Below, in pieces: positions 25,216 to 39,399 of a stretch of 64,000 bases of DNA. The position numbers and the translations under genes are program-made. The DNA lies in contig CATNEN010000028.1 in the NCBI GenBank assembly GCA_950097015.1, forward strand, positions 992,001 to 1,056,000, in the 5' to 3' direction. Numbering within the stretch: position 1 is the first letter of the stretch; every line of letters begins with the position of its first letter. This DNA is from Macrostomum hystrix. Its lineage: Eukaryota; Animalia; Platyhelminthes. Below the pieces are notes generated by a model, which saw only the letters and a program-made list of their open reading frames with translations, did no database searches and was not told the DNA's origin.

Positions 25216-25777
25216 ACTCTATTGAACTCTCTCTACTTTTTCTTCTCTTACGGCCTTCCTGACTCTACTCAATGAACGCTGTGTGCTCAGATTGAAACGC
25301 TCATGCGAGCGTCACTGATATTACGTAATGTACTCGAGGATCGCAAATTGCTCTTTGAACTCTCGCAATGTAGCAACAACTTTTGCTCAATAGAACTCAT
25401 TTACCATCGCGAATTGTGTGACTTTTATCTAATTTGGGTACCATTCAAACGAAGTTAAGCCACAATATTGATCATTTCGCAAATTTTTGTGACTCACCGA
25501 ATATATTTTCTAGGCTTTGCGAAACAGGTTTCCTAGGGCTATATAAAGAATTTTAGAATATCTATATTAAAAAAGCAAAAAATGTCATAAATTAGATATT
25601 TCCACATAAAGGCAGCTTCCTGCCTCTCCCCCCTCTCAAATCCCTATCTCAATGTCGCATTCTGTCAGGCAATTCCATTAAATTCAGTCGAGCTATAGCA
25701 GGCCTGGATCTGTTTCATAATAACAAATTCTCCCAATTTCATGAAAATCTCTCTCTTTAATGCCTTGATTTATATGG

Positions 25778-26700
25778 GAATCCCACCTGATTAGTGTCAA
25801 GATCTCTATGAGAATCCCACCTGATTAGTGTCAAGATCTCTATGAGAATCCCACCTGATTAGTGTCAAGATCTCTATGAGAATCCCACCTCATTAGTGTC
25901 AAGATCTCTATGAGAATCCCACCTGATTAGTGTCAAGATCTCTATGAGAATCTCACCTCATTAGTGTCAAGATCTCTATGAGAATCCCACCTCATTAGTG
26001 TCAAGATCTCTATAAGAATCCCACCTCATTAGCGTCAAGATCTCTATGAGAATCCCACCTCATTAGTGTCAAGATCTCTATGAGAATCCCACCTCATTAG
26101 TGTCAAGATCTCTATGAGAATCCCACCTGATTAGTGTCAAGATCTCTATGAGAATCCCACCTCATTAGTGTCAAGATCTCTATGAGAATCCCACCTCATT
26201 AGTGTCAAGATCTCTATGAGAATCCCACCTCATTAGTGTCAAGATCTCTATGAGAATCCCACCTCATTAGTGTCAAGATCTCTATGAGAATCCCACCTCA
26301 TTAGTGTCAAGATCTCTATGAGAATCTCACATCATTTGAGTCAAGGTCTCTATGAGAATCTCACATCATTTGAGTCAAGGTCTCTATGAGAATCTCACAT
26401 CATTTGAGTCAAGATCTCTATGAGAATCTCACATCATTTGAATCAAGGTCTCTATGATAATCTCACATCATTTGAATCAAGGTCTCTATGATAATCTCAC
26501 ATCATTTGAATCAAGATCTCTATGAGAATCCCACCTCATTAGTGTCAAGATCTCTATGATAATCTCACATCATTTGAGTCAAGATCTCTATGATAATCTC
26601 ACATCATTTGAATCAAGATCTCTATGAGAATCTCACCTCCTTTGAGTCAAGATCTCTATGATAATCTCACATCATTTGAATCAAGATCTCTATGAGAATC
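25778..26700. repeat. 34-bp minisatellite (gatctctatgagaatcccacctcattagtgtcaa) switching to a second variant near 26325
   Basis: Seen directly. Confidence 0.95.
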
Positions 26701-27350
26701 TTTCATTCTTGTCTCTAATCTAAATAAGAATCACGTATCTATCTCATAGGAGATTCTAGCCTAGTCTAACTTACCTTTAATATTGAGGCTTTTTTGTGAT
26801 GGTTCCATATCATTTCAACTAATTTTAGAAGGCCAATTAAATAGATGCTGTTTCGCAAAAGAAGACCTAAATCCTTTACTTCCGGAACTGTGAAGCTTAG
26901 CAACGGAATGAAAAATTAAAATAATGAGTTTTGCTTTCTGATTTGATAAAATATTTTTCATCTTTCAATGTTAATTCCGGTTAGAAAAAAGTAAGGTTTT
27001 TGATAATAATTATGCGCTGTGTGGTTGCGCACGCTACTTAAAGTAGAGCAGCTCTTGCAGATTTCTGAAAACGGGATAAAGCTTAATGCTAGGGGTAAGC
27101 GGCAGAGCTGTCTAACGCGTTTGTCTCTCGTATGGAGCCCCTGTGCTCGATTCCGCGGTGAGGCCACATTCATTTGAAGCGCAGCCGCGGAGCGAAGGCT
27201 TGGGGGGGCTTGTCGTACAAATTACAACCTTGAGGGCCAACCTCCAAGGCACAGTGACAGGCTGTGTGAATCTGAGCGCTACGTAAGGTATCTGTATACG
27301 TGTGTGAGCTCAGGAATCAGCGAAACGTTTACGTCATGCTCAAATCGCAG

Positions 27351-27602
27351 GTGATCGCAGCCGAGGGAGAGCAGAAGGCCTCCCGTGCCCTGAAGGAGGC
27401 CAGCGATGTGATCAGCGAGTCCGCCACAGCCCTGCAGCTGCGCTACCTGCAGACAATGACTAGCATCTCGGCTGAGAAGAATTCCACAATCATCTTTCCT
27501 CTGCCGCTTGACTTTATGGCCAATTTCATCAACAGCGCCGAATATAGACCACATGTAAAGCATCCGAAGCAGCAGCAGCCGCCGCCGCCACCCACGGTGT
27601 AA
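27351..27602 (+). CDS. STOM: Stomatin exon 8 (last coding exon)
   Basis: VIAAEGEQKASRALKEA...LQLRYLQT...EKNSTIIFPLP, then TAA. Joined CDS is 1143 nt = 380 aa. Confidence 0.96.
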   Translation: MIAAEGEQKASRALKEASDVISESATALQLRYLQTMTSISAEKNSTIIFPLPLDFMANFINSAEYRPHVKHPKQQQPPPPPTV

Positions 27603-30600
27603 GGGCGATAAAAGTTAAAAGGGTAGGATATACGAGCGAAGGATTTTCTATTTTTAGATACATAGATACATATGAGGGATTCCCTTCTAAACCCTCCAAA
27701 TTGGAAGTAATCATTTTAGGTTTAATGTGTGCTTTCTTGTACGTCCTCTAAGTGTGTTGTAGTTCGTACTTTCTGTTCGGACTGCTTCTTGAAATTAACA
27801 TCTTGAAAATTTCAGCCTTTGGTTTTATTAGAAAACATATTTTAGACTTCTAGACGGCAGTTTTATAATTATATTCTATTATTATATTCCGCTTCTAAGT
27901 TTCCCAAAATATGGCAGACAAACTTTTTTGCACTTATTCTATCAAACCTCTTCCCTACAAAAGCGATGTACTGTACTTTTTTGAAAAAAAATCAATCCTG
28001 GAATTCTGAATTTTGGATTTCGGAAATTATAAAACAGTGTGATATGGTAAAACACGGTGAATAATGATCTGATCATCGATGGCCTATTTTTAGCACTTAA
28101 AGGTCAAATGGCACGCGGCAGCTGCGTGACGATAAAAACCATGTGGGCAATTTTTAGAATGTTAAGAACGAATGGCACGCGGCAGCTGCGCGACGTGTAA
28201 TAAAACATTTTAATTGACCAATTTCTAGCAATACACTTTATATGTTTTGTTTAAAAAAGTCATAGCAGTTTTACAGTACTCAGCACTTCGATTTGTGTCC
28301 ACATAATTACGATTTTATTTTGCATATCTTCATTTCAAGCTGAATTCAAAATTACAGCTTTAACCAATTATATTTTAATTTAAGAGAAAAAATATAAACT
28401 TTTATTTCCGAAATGACTGTCCGTCTTTTCCGAGCCGCAGGTCGTATCCCCGTTTGCCCATGTTTTCGTATTTTTTGCCTATTTATTCAAGTTGTAATTC
28501 ATCACACAATGTATTTTGTGCTTATCTGATTCTTAACCTAATATTTTGACATTTAAATCATTGCTGCATTATACGATAATGATTTTTTGTGTCCAAATAA
28601 AGTCTTAATTGCGACTTTTTTTCAGATTTTTGCAAATCTTTGTTATAATGAACACTTTATTAAAATGATTCCGTCTTTTATCGTTGACAAAGTACTAAAG
28701 GACGCAAAATTATAAAACTGCACTGCCGCGCCCATAATCTCATGTTTTCTGTGTAAATCCCATCCATTCTTTGTATCGCCTTGGTTGTTTTTTTCATTAA
28801 AGCATCAAACTATTATATTCCGAATAAGAAATGTTTTGTTTAGTTTTTTTAATCGCAAATTTATTTTAACTTCTCCATAAATCTCTAGGTCTTTTGTGCA
28901 GATAAGCCCCTCGATGCTCTGAGTATTCTGTGGCTGCGTATATTCTCTATTTTTTTTAATTATACGAGTATTTCCGACGAAATGACTGCCCCTATCTAAC
29001 ATTGCATCAAATCAAGAAAAGTTAGTTTAGAAGTAGAAAAACGTGGCAGAATTGAGGAGTCCAAGAAAAGCGACTGTTAGCCATCTCCTCAAATGATTTG
29101 CAGTAAAGTTTCTCATTCAAACTATAATTCCCCATGCAGTATCAAAAGTGCAACGTCCTTCTAATATTATATAGTGGGCCTAGATAGCAATGGTAACAAT
29201 CTTTTTCACTGAAAAATAAATTCGTCAGAACTGTGTGTAAAATGAAAATCTTTGAATAGGAAGTAATCATATCTTGCTTTTTATTATTTTAATTGAAAGA
29301 AGTGAAAAGTGAAATTATAGTCCAGGGCTTCGGGCCTCACAAAGAGAGGTCGGCATTTCGAATCTATGAGGGGAGCGATTTGTGACTTTAGGCGAGAATC
29401 TACTTCAATAGTAGACTACTTCAATCCACCCAGTTGGGGTAGAAATTTGGGAGGTTAATTGTGTCTGCAGTGGACTGTGGGCTGTGGGTGTACAGATCTT
29501 ATACTTTGTATCTTCGATATATCGTCTTTATTATATAGACTCCCCTACAAGCTTTAACAGCGCCTTCAGCTATGAACATCTGGTAGTTTGGAAGAAAAAA
29601 CACAATAATTATAAACACTTCACTATATAATTAATTGAAGTTAATATACTGTTTTTCTTTTTGTATATAATAGTAAAATGTTTTTCATAGTATAATTAAT
29701 AGTAATAATAGTCTATCGCGCAACAAAGGACAGAGGACCAAGAAGAAAAATGAACAGAATTATTTCCTAAAGCGTGAGATAGAGAGTTTACTATATAAAA
29801 CATTAAAAGTTGAAACGAGGAAAACAATGGTGGGAGAGACGAAGCATCAAAAATAAAAACACCAAATTCTTAACATGAAAACGATGAAAAATCAACATTT
29901 TTAATTTGCGTATTGAATTATTTTTAATTCACGCCTATCTTTAAATAAAAATATAGTTAAACGACAAGCGATAACTAAAAAACACGAGAATGGTTTTTAA
30001 AAGGGAGCGACAAAAGAACTAATATGTGTCAAAGGACGGGATGTAAAAAAACAGTTGAAAATTAGTTTTTAAAGGATAGATTTTACTAAGTTGTTCTATA
30101 TATCATTCCTCGAATAGCATCACAAGTATGTTTAAATCCCGTGAGAAAAAAAATAATCAATAAACAAATAAACAAAGAAGAGTATTGCTATCAATAGGCG
30201 CAAAATATTACTAGCAGCAATGCTTTCATCTGCTTGGAGTCAAGAGAGAAAGAGCAGATTTAGATTGACAATTTGTTAGTTGGCTGCCACAAAATTCACG
30301 CAATAGAACTGAAAATGACAAAAAGCTAATAATAAAACGCTGTAAGTGAGCAGTGGTGTTTAGTTTCTTAAACGCCTAATTTAAGGGAGACTTCCTCGCG
30401 GTAAAATGTCGGCCAATGAGAAAAAAAAACAAAAAGTAAGGAAAAAATACGTGCGTACCTTAAATATAACGGGGAGTTTAGGTCTGGCCAACAACGAGCT
30501 AGCCGTCTTTCGAAAATGAGGGACAAAAACTAAAAATAGTTAAATTATTCACACTTGATGTTACACATGGCAGCATGCATTTAAATTAATTTGTAGACAG

Positions 30601-31916
30601 CTTGACGATTAAGTTTAGGAGAAAAACAAAAACGAACAAAATATTGTTCTTATAAACTATTTTGTATCACTTCCAGTTAACACTATGGACAGTATGCAGA
30701 AATCCTAGCCCACAAACAAAACTTAACAAGAAGTGCGCACGCGGTTGAACTGGACCTCGAAATTTTGTCCTGCTTCGGAACTTCGGAGCTATTTTTTAAC
30801 GCTCCATTAGAATTTCTATGCTCTTCACCCTAGTAGACCTAGTCACGTGACATCCAACGAAGTACTTCAGGCTTGAGTCTATGTCATGTTATAAAAGTTA
30901 AATCGTCCTTTGGAGTTACGATTTGAATAATAGACCCCGATATAAAGTTTGCGAAGGAAAAAATACTCGTTGTCAGCTACTAAAAGTAGGCGGGCACAGA
31001 TGGTCGTATTTTGCCGTCACTTTTGCATAAAAAGGTTAATATAAAACTGGAGACTGCTCAAAAACGCAAAGCGACACGCAAAAAGCTTGCTGTTTTTTTA
31101 ATCTTGAAGAGAGACAGACAGAAGACTCTAGTCAAAACTATTTCGTGGCGCGTAAGGTCATTGAACGAGACAATAAATAGACTTCAAGAGGTATACGCAA
31201 TATTCTGGACTGGAAGCAGCAGAGATAAAACTCGTAAAACTAAAAAATCCTAGAAAAATTCAAAATCCTTACCAAAATCAACTTTTATACTTGGCTCTCT
31301 GCGTTCATTCTGAAGATTGCTGTTAATAATTTCAAGGCGTCCTTAAGCCATTGCGGTTTGCTGAAATGAAGCATCGACAAAACAACAGAAATAAAGTTGG
31401 AGCGAGTGTACATATGGTGCATGATGGACTATATAATAACAAAACTGTTTCTAAACTAATCTGCAAAAGTACTTTTGTACTTACTATGCTTTAAGAACTG
31501 TGTTCGATTTAAAATATAAAAGACAATCAGAATTTAAATATAAATTTCCCTATAATCAGCTTCAAAAATAGCATTGGAACCAAGAACTCAAAGTCCAGTC
31601 AAATAGGCATGCTCAATGGTTAGCTATCACTGTAAAAGAAGAAGCTAACAAATTCACACTGTCAAAACGGTAGCGCAAGCAGCAAAATTTGCAACAGTAG
31701 CGAATCAGCATTGGACTAGAAAATAAAACAGAAATAGCATGGCAACAAATCAAATAAGTGGGGCCGTTGCTCATCATAATCGATAGTCAACTACAGATAA
31801 CTTTGGGCAAGTTGTGCGCTTCAGTTCTGAGTGGGAGGGAGGTTGAAGATTAGACTAGTTTCATTTTCATGCCGTTGAAATGATCAGTGATTGAGAGCGC
31901 ACTGCCGATAGGCTGC

Positions 31917-32293
31917 TCAAAATCCTTCTATGTAGCAATAGTTCTCCAGTGCGGACAAGATGATGTAGGTAATCCACAGGATCACAAACACCGAGCTGGT
32001 TAGAATCTTCGGCACGAATGGGCCACCCAGCTCGCCGCCGACCGGTTTGATCCGGCGCAGCATCATGATGGCGATGGCCACCAGCGCCTCGACGCAGAAC
32101 ACCGTGACTGAGAAGCCTAGAGAGCCGGGATCAACGTAGAATACTGTGCCCCGGCTCCAGTGGTAGATGGCGGCAATGGACCAGGCCACACCGATGCCCA
32201 AGAATACGTTGACAGCGTTGCTACCCGTGACATTGCCAACTGAACTGTCCGCGCTGGAGTCCCCAACAGCGGCAACCTTTGAGGCGAAGGTGT
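31917..32293 (-). CDS. NCX: NCX last exon
   Basis: DTFASKVAA...GNVTGSNAVNVFLGIGVAWSIAA...GGELGGP...YCYIEGF, stop. Joined CDS is 2718 nt = 905 aa. Confidence 0.96.
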
Positions 32294-32349
32294 CTGCAAG
32301 TGGGTGACGGAAAGCTAGTTTTTGGTGGTCTTGAGGGTATCTGGTTATC

Positions 32350-32490
32350 TTGATTGTGATGTATCTGAATGATTGTGATGTATCTGAATGATTGCGATGT
32401 ATCTGAATGATTGTGATGTATCTGAATGATTGTGATGTATCTGAATGATTGTGATGTATCTGAATGATTGTGATGTATCTGAATGATTGT
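32350..32490. repeat. 19-bp minisatellite (tgattgtgatgtatctgaa) in the last NCX intron
   Basis: Seen directly. Confidence 0.93.
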
Positions 32491-32496
32491 GCCTAC

Positions 32497-32655
32497 CAGG
32501 TAAACTTGTGCCCAGAGCCACAAACGATATGGCAGTCACAGAGTCTGTTAGTCCCACGGTGCAGCCGAAGCTGGATGCCAGATCTCCAATCAAAGCTGTC
32601 AACACTCCGATGGCCAAGATGGAGACACAGAAGCACAGCCAGCCGCTGAGATAGT
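32497..32655 (-). CDS. NCX: NCX exon 8 (alpha-2 repeat start)
   Basis: DYLSGWLCFCVSILAIGVLTALIGDLASSFGCTVGLTDSVTAISFVALGTSLP. Confidence 0.96.
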
Positions 32656-33229
32656 CTGCAGAGTTAGAGATTGTTTGTGCAGCAGTGAAACTTTGTTCAA
32701 CTTAGAATACTTCTTGTTCTGTACCAATTGTACGAGTTTATTTGAACTTTTTTATTAGCACCGAAATTCAATAAAAGCTGTGGATTGTTATAGAATATTT
32801 CTGAGAATCGTCTTTTTAGGGCGGCAATTTTTTTGGCAAATTATCGTTGTCAATAGACACGCTTCTATGAAGTTTGCGTTTTAAGTATGCTACTTATCAC
32901 TCAAAACATTAATAAAGCTTCTGTTGTTAATTGCTCGCTTCTGGTAGATTAATTTCTATAGTCTATGGAAAAGATTCATGAAAGCAATCGTGATTTCATG
33001 GCTTAAGGAGGAAATTGATTGGAGCAAAAACTTTGGCCATAGAACCACCACCAGATAGGGCCTTTTTTCAATTAAGTCTTGGATTAATTCGACTGCTAAC
33101 GGGATCAAAATAACTGGGAAATGCTATAATCCTATAAAAACAAGATACTCTATGACGCCGCTTGACGCAGTAACGATTTATCGGCCTACAACTATGACCA
33201 TAGAAGGTAGCTTTCAAGGTCCAACTAAC

Positions 33230-33352
33230 CCGTTGGTGGAACGAAGGCGAACAGCAGCTTCCAGAAGACGGTGAGGAAGTGCATCACGTAATCCATGCAC
33301 GAGGGCAGCTTCTCCTCTCCTTCCTCGTCGGTGCCTCCTTCGTCATCGTCGC
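33230..33352 (-). CDS. NCX: NCX exon 7
   Basis: [41 protein letters not shown]. Confidence 0.96.
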
Positions 33353-33685
33353 CTAGATCCCAATGTGGGATAAATCAATGGGTGGATAAATCAATCGCAA
33401 TGGATAATTTTACATTTTACGTTTGGAAACTTTTCAGTTAAAATAAAAATAAAGTCCTAATCCTTATCAACAAAATGTCATGTCTGTTCAAATAATTGCT
33501 TCAAATCAATAGGCAAATGGACTGGGAAACCGATTAAGAGTTTATCATGCTTTTTTAACTTAAAACTAACAGAATTCATGACTTTAGTGTTCGTTCAAGT
33601 GATGATAAAACAAAAATTATTATTTGAAAGCTTGTGAAATATGATTTTAGCTGCAGCAGCAGGTTTTGAGTGTCGCTTCCAAAGA

Positions 33686-33835
33686 CTGTGTACAGCTGTT
33701 CAGTCCGTGGACTGAACACAAATTTGTGGAAGACAAATTTCTACCCCCATCAGCTAACGCTGGAACCAATTTTACAGCTGAATAAACAGAAGAACTATGA
33801 AATTAATTGTCTTGCTCAAGGACACAAAGAAAACA
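33686..33835 (+). mobile_element. Possible CORE-SINE-like fragment
   Basis: aattaattgtcttgctcaaggacac resembles the CORE-SINE central motif; a 27-nt part (33686-33712) recurs at 24026-24052. Confidence 0.35.
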
Positions 33836-34579
33836 AAAAGGAAACAAACAGCAAACGCGACATATTTTATTAAAAATCAATCGTCGATGATCAGGACACG
33901 AGCCGCAAGCTATACTCGCCTGGTGAGTCTGAATCGCCTGCAATTTATGTGAAATTATCGCTTGAGGAAGATTAGGTTAGACACAGGGAGACTCACACAC
34001 GCCTCGCACAATGGGTGTTGTGTAGTACTTCGAAAGAAAGTATTTCGTAAATATAGTCTTGAGTTGAGAAACTGCTACTCTACTCTTTTTCGGATCATTC
34101 GTCTGATCATGACGCAGTCGAATTTAATTTGTAAAAATGTACACACAGGCGCAACGGGACATTGATCTCATTTAGAGATGAGTGGCTGTGACATATCCAC
34201 TAGGGAATGTCACTTTGCTCAATTTGAGTACACAAGACTAGACTAGATTTTAGTGGGAGTGTCACTCTACAGTGTTCAGGATGCAGTTCCGAACCCCGAA
34301 CAAACCCCGAAGTTTTAAAAGTACTCAAAACATACAGATTATGTATGCTATATTAATAACTAGATACTTAAGATTGACAGTGGAGAGTCAGAGAGACAGA
34401 GAGACAGAGACGAGCGAGTAATTTAATCCCAAAAGCTTATAATCAACGACTAAATTGCTTGCTCGTAGTCGCAGCAACTATTTTGCTAAATTCTATAGCT
34501 ATAATACACCGGTCAAACACCAAGCCTTCAATCTGAGTCAAATATTTACTCAGACTTACTTGCTATAGACTATGTCTTC

Positions 34580-35785
34580 ATAGAACTAACTGACACGAGA
34601 CCTAACTGACACTAGAACTATCTGACACTAGAACTATCTGACACTAGAACTAACTGACACTAGAACAAACTAAAACTGGAACTATCTGACACTAGAACTA
34701 ACTGACAATATAGAACTAACTGACACTAGAACTAACTGACACTAGAACTAACTGACACTAGAACTAACTAAAACTGGAACTAACTGACACTAGAACTAGC
34801 TGACACTATAACTAACTGACACTAGAACTATCTGACACTAGAACTAAATGACACTAGAACTATCTGACACTAGAAATAATTGACAATATAGAACTAACTG
34901 ACACTAGAACAAACTAAAACTGGAACTATCTGACACTAGAACTAACTGACAATATAGAACTATCTGACACTAGAACTAACTAAAGCTGGAACTATCTGAC
35001 ACTAGAACTAACTAAAGCTGGAACTATCTGACACTAGAAATAATTGACAATATAGAACTAACTGACACTAGAACAAACTAAAACTGGAACTATCTGACAC
35101 TAGAACTAACTAAAACTGGAACTATCTGACACTAGAAATAATTGACAATATAGAACTAACTGACACTAGAACAAACTAAAACTGGAACTATCTGACACTA
35201 GAACTAACTGACAATATAGAACTATCTGACACTAGAACTAACTAAAGCTGGAACTATCTGACACTAGAACTAACTAAAGCTGGAACTATCTGACACTAGA
35301 ACTAACTGACAATATAGAACTATCTGACACTAGAACTAACTAAAACTGGAACTATCTGACACTAGAAATAATTGACAATATAGAACTATCTGACACTAGA
35401 ACTGACTAAAACTGGAACTATCTGACACTAGAACTAACTGACAATATAGAACTATCTGACACTAGAACTAACTGACAATATAGAACTATCTGACACTAGA
35501 ACTAACTAAAGCTGGAACTATCTGACACTAGAACTAACTGACAATATAGAACTATCTGACACTAGAACTAACTAAAGCTGGAACTATCTGACACTAGAAC
35601 TAACTGACAATATAGAACTATCTGACACTAGAACTAACTGACAATATAGAACTATCTGACACTAGAACTGACTAAAACTGGAACTATCTGACACTAGAAA
35701 TAATTGACAATATAGAACTATCTGACACTCGAAGTAACTATCAGACTAACAGAACTAACAGAACTAACAGAACTAACAGAAAATT
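34580..35785. repeat. 16-18-bp minisatellite (gacactagaactatct and variants)
   Basis: Seen directly. Confidence 0.95.
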
Positions 35786-36227
35786 TCTGAATCCTACACT
35801 GCAGGTAATTTAGGAATAAATTGGTCCTAATTTCTTTGAAGTAATTTATTTTGTAACGAGATACTAGTATAGCCGTTGCGAGCTGCATGCTGCACTCAGT
35901 ATTCGCTCAGCTAAAAATGATCCCATTGTTCAAGTCCTTCCCAACGGAATGAATTGGAGGGAAAAGATAAATTTAGAATTGCGCCAGCATGTCGTCTGTC
36001 TCTCCCACAGCGTCTGTCTCCATTTTGTCGCGGCGTTGCCTACTATGTACACAGAGACAAAATAGGGCTAATTATAGAAAGCTGAATAGATAGGCATAGA
36101 CAATGGAAAATGATACCTGTGCGATAATTTACTGTCGAAACCTGGCGATGCAGAGCATCTATCGAACGTTACAGTATCTACCAGCATAAATGCCTAAGGC
36201 TTAACTAACAAAACGCACGCAACTCAC

Positions 36228-36327
36228 CCGAGCTGACGGTGATAGCCTCGATAAACTGCTCCTTCCAGGATGAAGTTCCAACTACCAGAGAGAGATTGGC
36301 CTTCTTCAGCATCCGGTCCACTGTGTT
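36228..36327 (-). CDS. NCX: NCX exon 6
   Basis: NTVDRMLKKANLSLVVGTSSWKEQFIEAITVSS. Confidence 0.95.
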
Positions 36328-36407
36328 CTAAGTGAGCAGATAACAACAGGGGCCGCTGAGTTGGTTTTAAATTAATATCAGAAAATATTTAAATTATCCC
36401 TCCTAAC

Positions 36408-36520
36408 CTTGAATTCAGTGCTCTCAATGATGTTCACTTTTAGCTTGATAAATTCGCCAAGCTTCGGTCGGCCTCCTTCGTCAATCTGGGCGCAGTCGTG
36501 GTCCTCCTCCAGATTGTTGC
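36408..36520 (-). CDS. NCX: NCX exon 5
   Basis: GNNLEEDHDCAQIDEGGRPKLGEFIKLKVNIIESTEFK. Confidence 0.92.
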
Positions 36521-36634
36521 CTGCGGGCGGTTTGAAAAAAGTGGTTAGGCTCATGTCTACTAGCTGTACTTGGTCTAAACAACAAATTTTCTGCTGTTTT
36601 ACGTTCCTTGATAGTAGGAGATAACTGAATGGGA

Positions 36635-37068
36635 TCGGCTGGGGATGTCATGTCTGGGTTAGAGAATTTTGCGGGGTTGGCTAGGGGTGTCATGTCTTAG
36701 GTGAGAGAACTGAGTTGGGTTGGTTAGGAGTGTCATGTCTAGGGTGAGAGAACTGAGTGGGGTTGGTCAGGGGTATGATGTCTAGGGTGAGAGAACTGGG
36801 TGGGGTTGGTTAGGGGTATAACGTCTAGGGTGAGAGAACTGGGTGGGGTTGGTTAGGGGTATAATGTCTAGGGTGAGAGAACTGGGTGGGGTTGGTTAGG
36901 GGTATAATGTCTAGGGTGAGAGAACTGGGTGGGGTTGGTTAGGGATGTCATGTCTAGGGTGAGAGAACTGAGTGGGGTTGGTTAGGGGTATAATGTCTAG
37001 GGTGAGAGAACTGGGTGGGGTTGGTTAGGGATGTCATGTCTAGGGTGAGAGAACTGATTGGGGTTGGT
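36635..37068. repeat. 43-bp G-rich minisatellite
   Basis: tctagggtgagagaactgggtggggttggttaggggtataatg units. Confidence 0.94.
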
Positions 37069-39399
37069 TCAACGTTTCCAATGAGCACCAAACACTACTT
37101 TAACTTTCGATTTCCCAGGCACTCAAGGACACACGCAGCCGTCTGGTGGCCGACAGTCAAATTGATTGGCATTAGGGCAGCGATAATTTAGTGCAAGAAT
37201 AACACCAAGGGCAGGACAGACTCTGTGCAGGTTTAACTGACAGCACTGGCTGTGTCTCACACAGTTTCTTGGTCACAGACAGATTTTCGTCCCTAAAGCA
37301 CAGATTCCACTTTCTCTATTGCGTCAAAGGTCTGACACTAGTATTTTGTTTCGCTTATCTATTTCTTTTAAGAATCTGTTTCTTTGCCAACTCCTGAGTG
37401 CACTTTTATTCAGCAGCTGCCGCCGCCAGCAGCCGTCCCCGCGTCCATCTTCGATCCCAGTCTGGCTAAAGGAAGCCGGTGGGCAAGGACTAGAAGACTG
37501 TCACACGGGATGCGAACGCAGTAAACTCACAGAAAAAGGCAAGGGGCGGAATAGATAGACTATCGAAGGCACGATGAAGAAATAAAACATAAAGATGGCA
37601 AGAAACTACCCGGGCTGACCAAAGTGACATTTCCTTCCCCCAATGCGACTCCCAAGTCTGTTCCCGCTATGTCCTCTCCCAGATGCAGCTGATACAATCA
37701 ATCAGAGAGAGAGCAGTGGACGGTCATACTAGTCTAGTGAATGACACGCTCGCTGGTGTTGGCAATTTTCTCCACACTGCAAAAGATAATGCAGGACTGA
37801 GTTGCCAGCTGCCATCGTTACTTAGCTCTTCGACATCGATAAAACACGTCGTCTTCTTCTTCTTCTTCTTCCACAGACGCATTCCAAAGCACTTCTTGTG
37901 CAAATAGAAATATATTTAAAATGGCGTTTTACGCCATATAGATTGAATCAGACGCGTAGGAACGCATTGGCTTTGACTTTTTGGGGCTGAAAACTGTCAA
38001 GTTTGTGACAGGAAATTGAGTTGAACAGAACCTATTGCTTCTTTTCAAAAAAATTTAAAGTCAAAACTTATTGTCCGTTAGTTGCAGAAGGCTGGCTTAA
38101 CAATGGACTTAAATATGTTATTGTTGTTACTGGCTCAATTGGTTTTTAAGTTTGGTGAACAAAATATTCGTGTCAAAATTTCTGGCCTTAGCACATAGGA
38201 CGCATGCAAAAGTATCTGATTAGTAAGATTAGTGCTAATGAATTTCTAGATTCGAATTTTATTAGCTTTTGTAGTGCGCAGTCACAGAGAGCAGATTGGC
38301 CTCACTTTCAGTCCTAGATAAAAGTACATCATCATCTCCAATTGGTGACTCTGCAACAGTTTCAATTTAGTGCAACAGACTTCGAAATCAGTGAATTGTA
38401 TATCTTTTCAATTCGTGTACTTTAGAGTACAGTACATACTGATAAGGTTACTGCACAGTACAGTAAACTATTGTATTAGTTACAGAACATTGCTCAGCAA
38501 CACTTTGAATTCGAATAGCTTCGTACAGGGTAGCGGCTTTCATTTGGATCTTCAATTCTGGGTAGTTCTCTTCAAGCGTTATTTTGTTGTTACGAGTCAA
38601 ATAAGAAAATTTTTTTTTGCGAAAAAGATGAACAATAGTTTCATTATACGAGGGTTGCGAGCCCTCGTAATCTCATAAGGTCATCATTTGGTGAAACTAT
38701 ACCCGCAGCCAGCGAGGAGGCAATTCTGCCCATTCCGCTGACTCCTGAGCACACGCAGGCACACACTCACACGGGTGTACATCTGCCCTGACTTTTTCAG
38801 GGCAGGTTGGTTGATTTTTTTCCAAAAAAATCTTTTGGTCGAGTATTATCCGCAAACGAAGACAGAAAACAAACAGAAAGTTTCACGTACGAACAAAGAC
38901 TATGTACAATGACTACAGTTAGGGTAGTACACTAGACTGCAGCAGGGTTGGTGTGCTAATGCTTGACTAAAGTTATGCACGCCTAGCGACATGATGCTGA
39001 AAAAAAACAAAGCAATTTTCCAAGCACTAGCTACTTAGCTAACTTACCTGCACTCACAAATAGGCCAGGCATTTTAGTAGGAATAAAACATACTTGACAC
39101 TTTCTAACGTTACTGCCTTCGGGTATGTACAGTGTCTAACAACTCCTTTCCAATTGTTAGTCACACATTCTCTCTGGTGAATCAGTCTTGGATAACTACA
39201 GCTGGAACATTAAATTAACAGGACGACAGTGCATTGAGATTGGCTGCTCAAACGGTTTCTCGAGTCACTGGAAAAAAACTACGCTGACACTTTGCATGCG
39301 TCCGAAAATATATACTTTATAAAATCAAGGATAGAAGCAGAAAAGAGGAGGTCACTAAGCTAGAAATACGGCCTCTAATAGTAGCCAACCAACAATCAC

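Noticed and set aside
27570-27602. Stomatin C-terminal ...PPTV as a PDZ-binding motif
   Set aside because: Class I needs S/T at position -2; here it is proline.
37790-37900. Possible extra NCX cassette exon around a (GAA)n tract
   Set aside because: Available splice sites do not preserve phase 1-1, and there is no NCX similarity.
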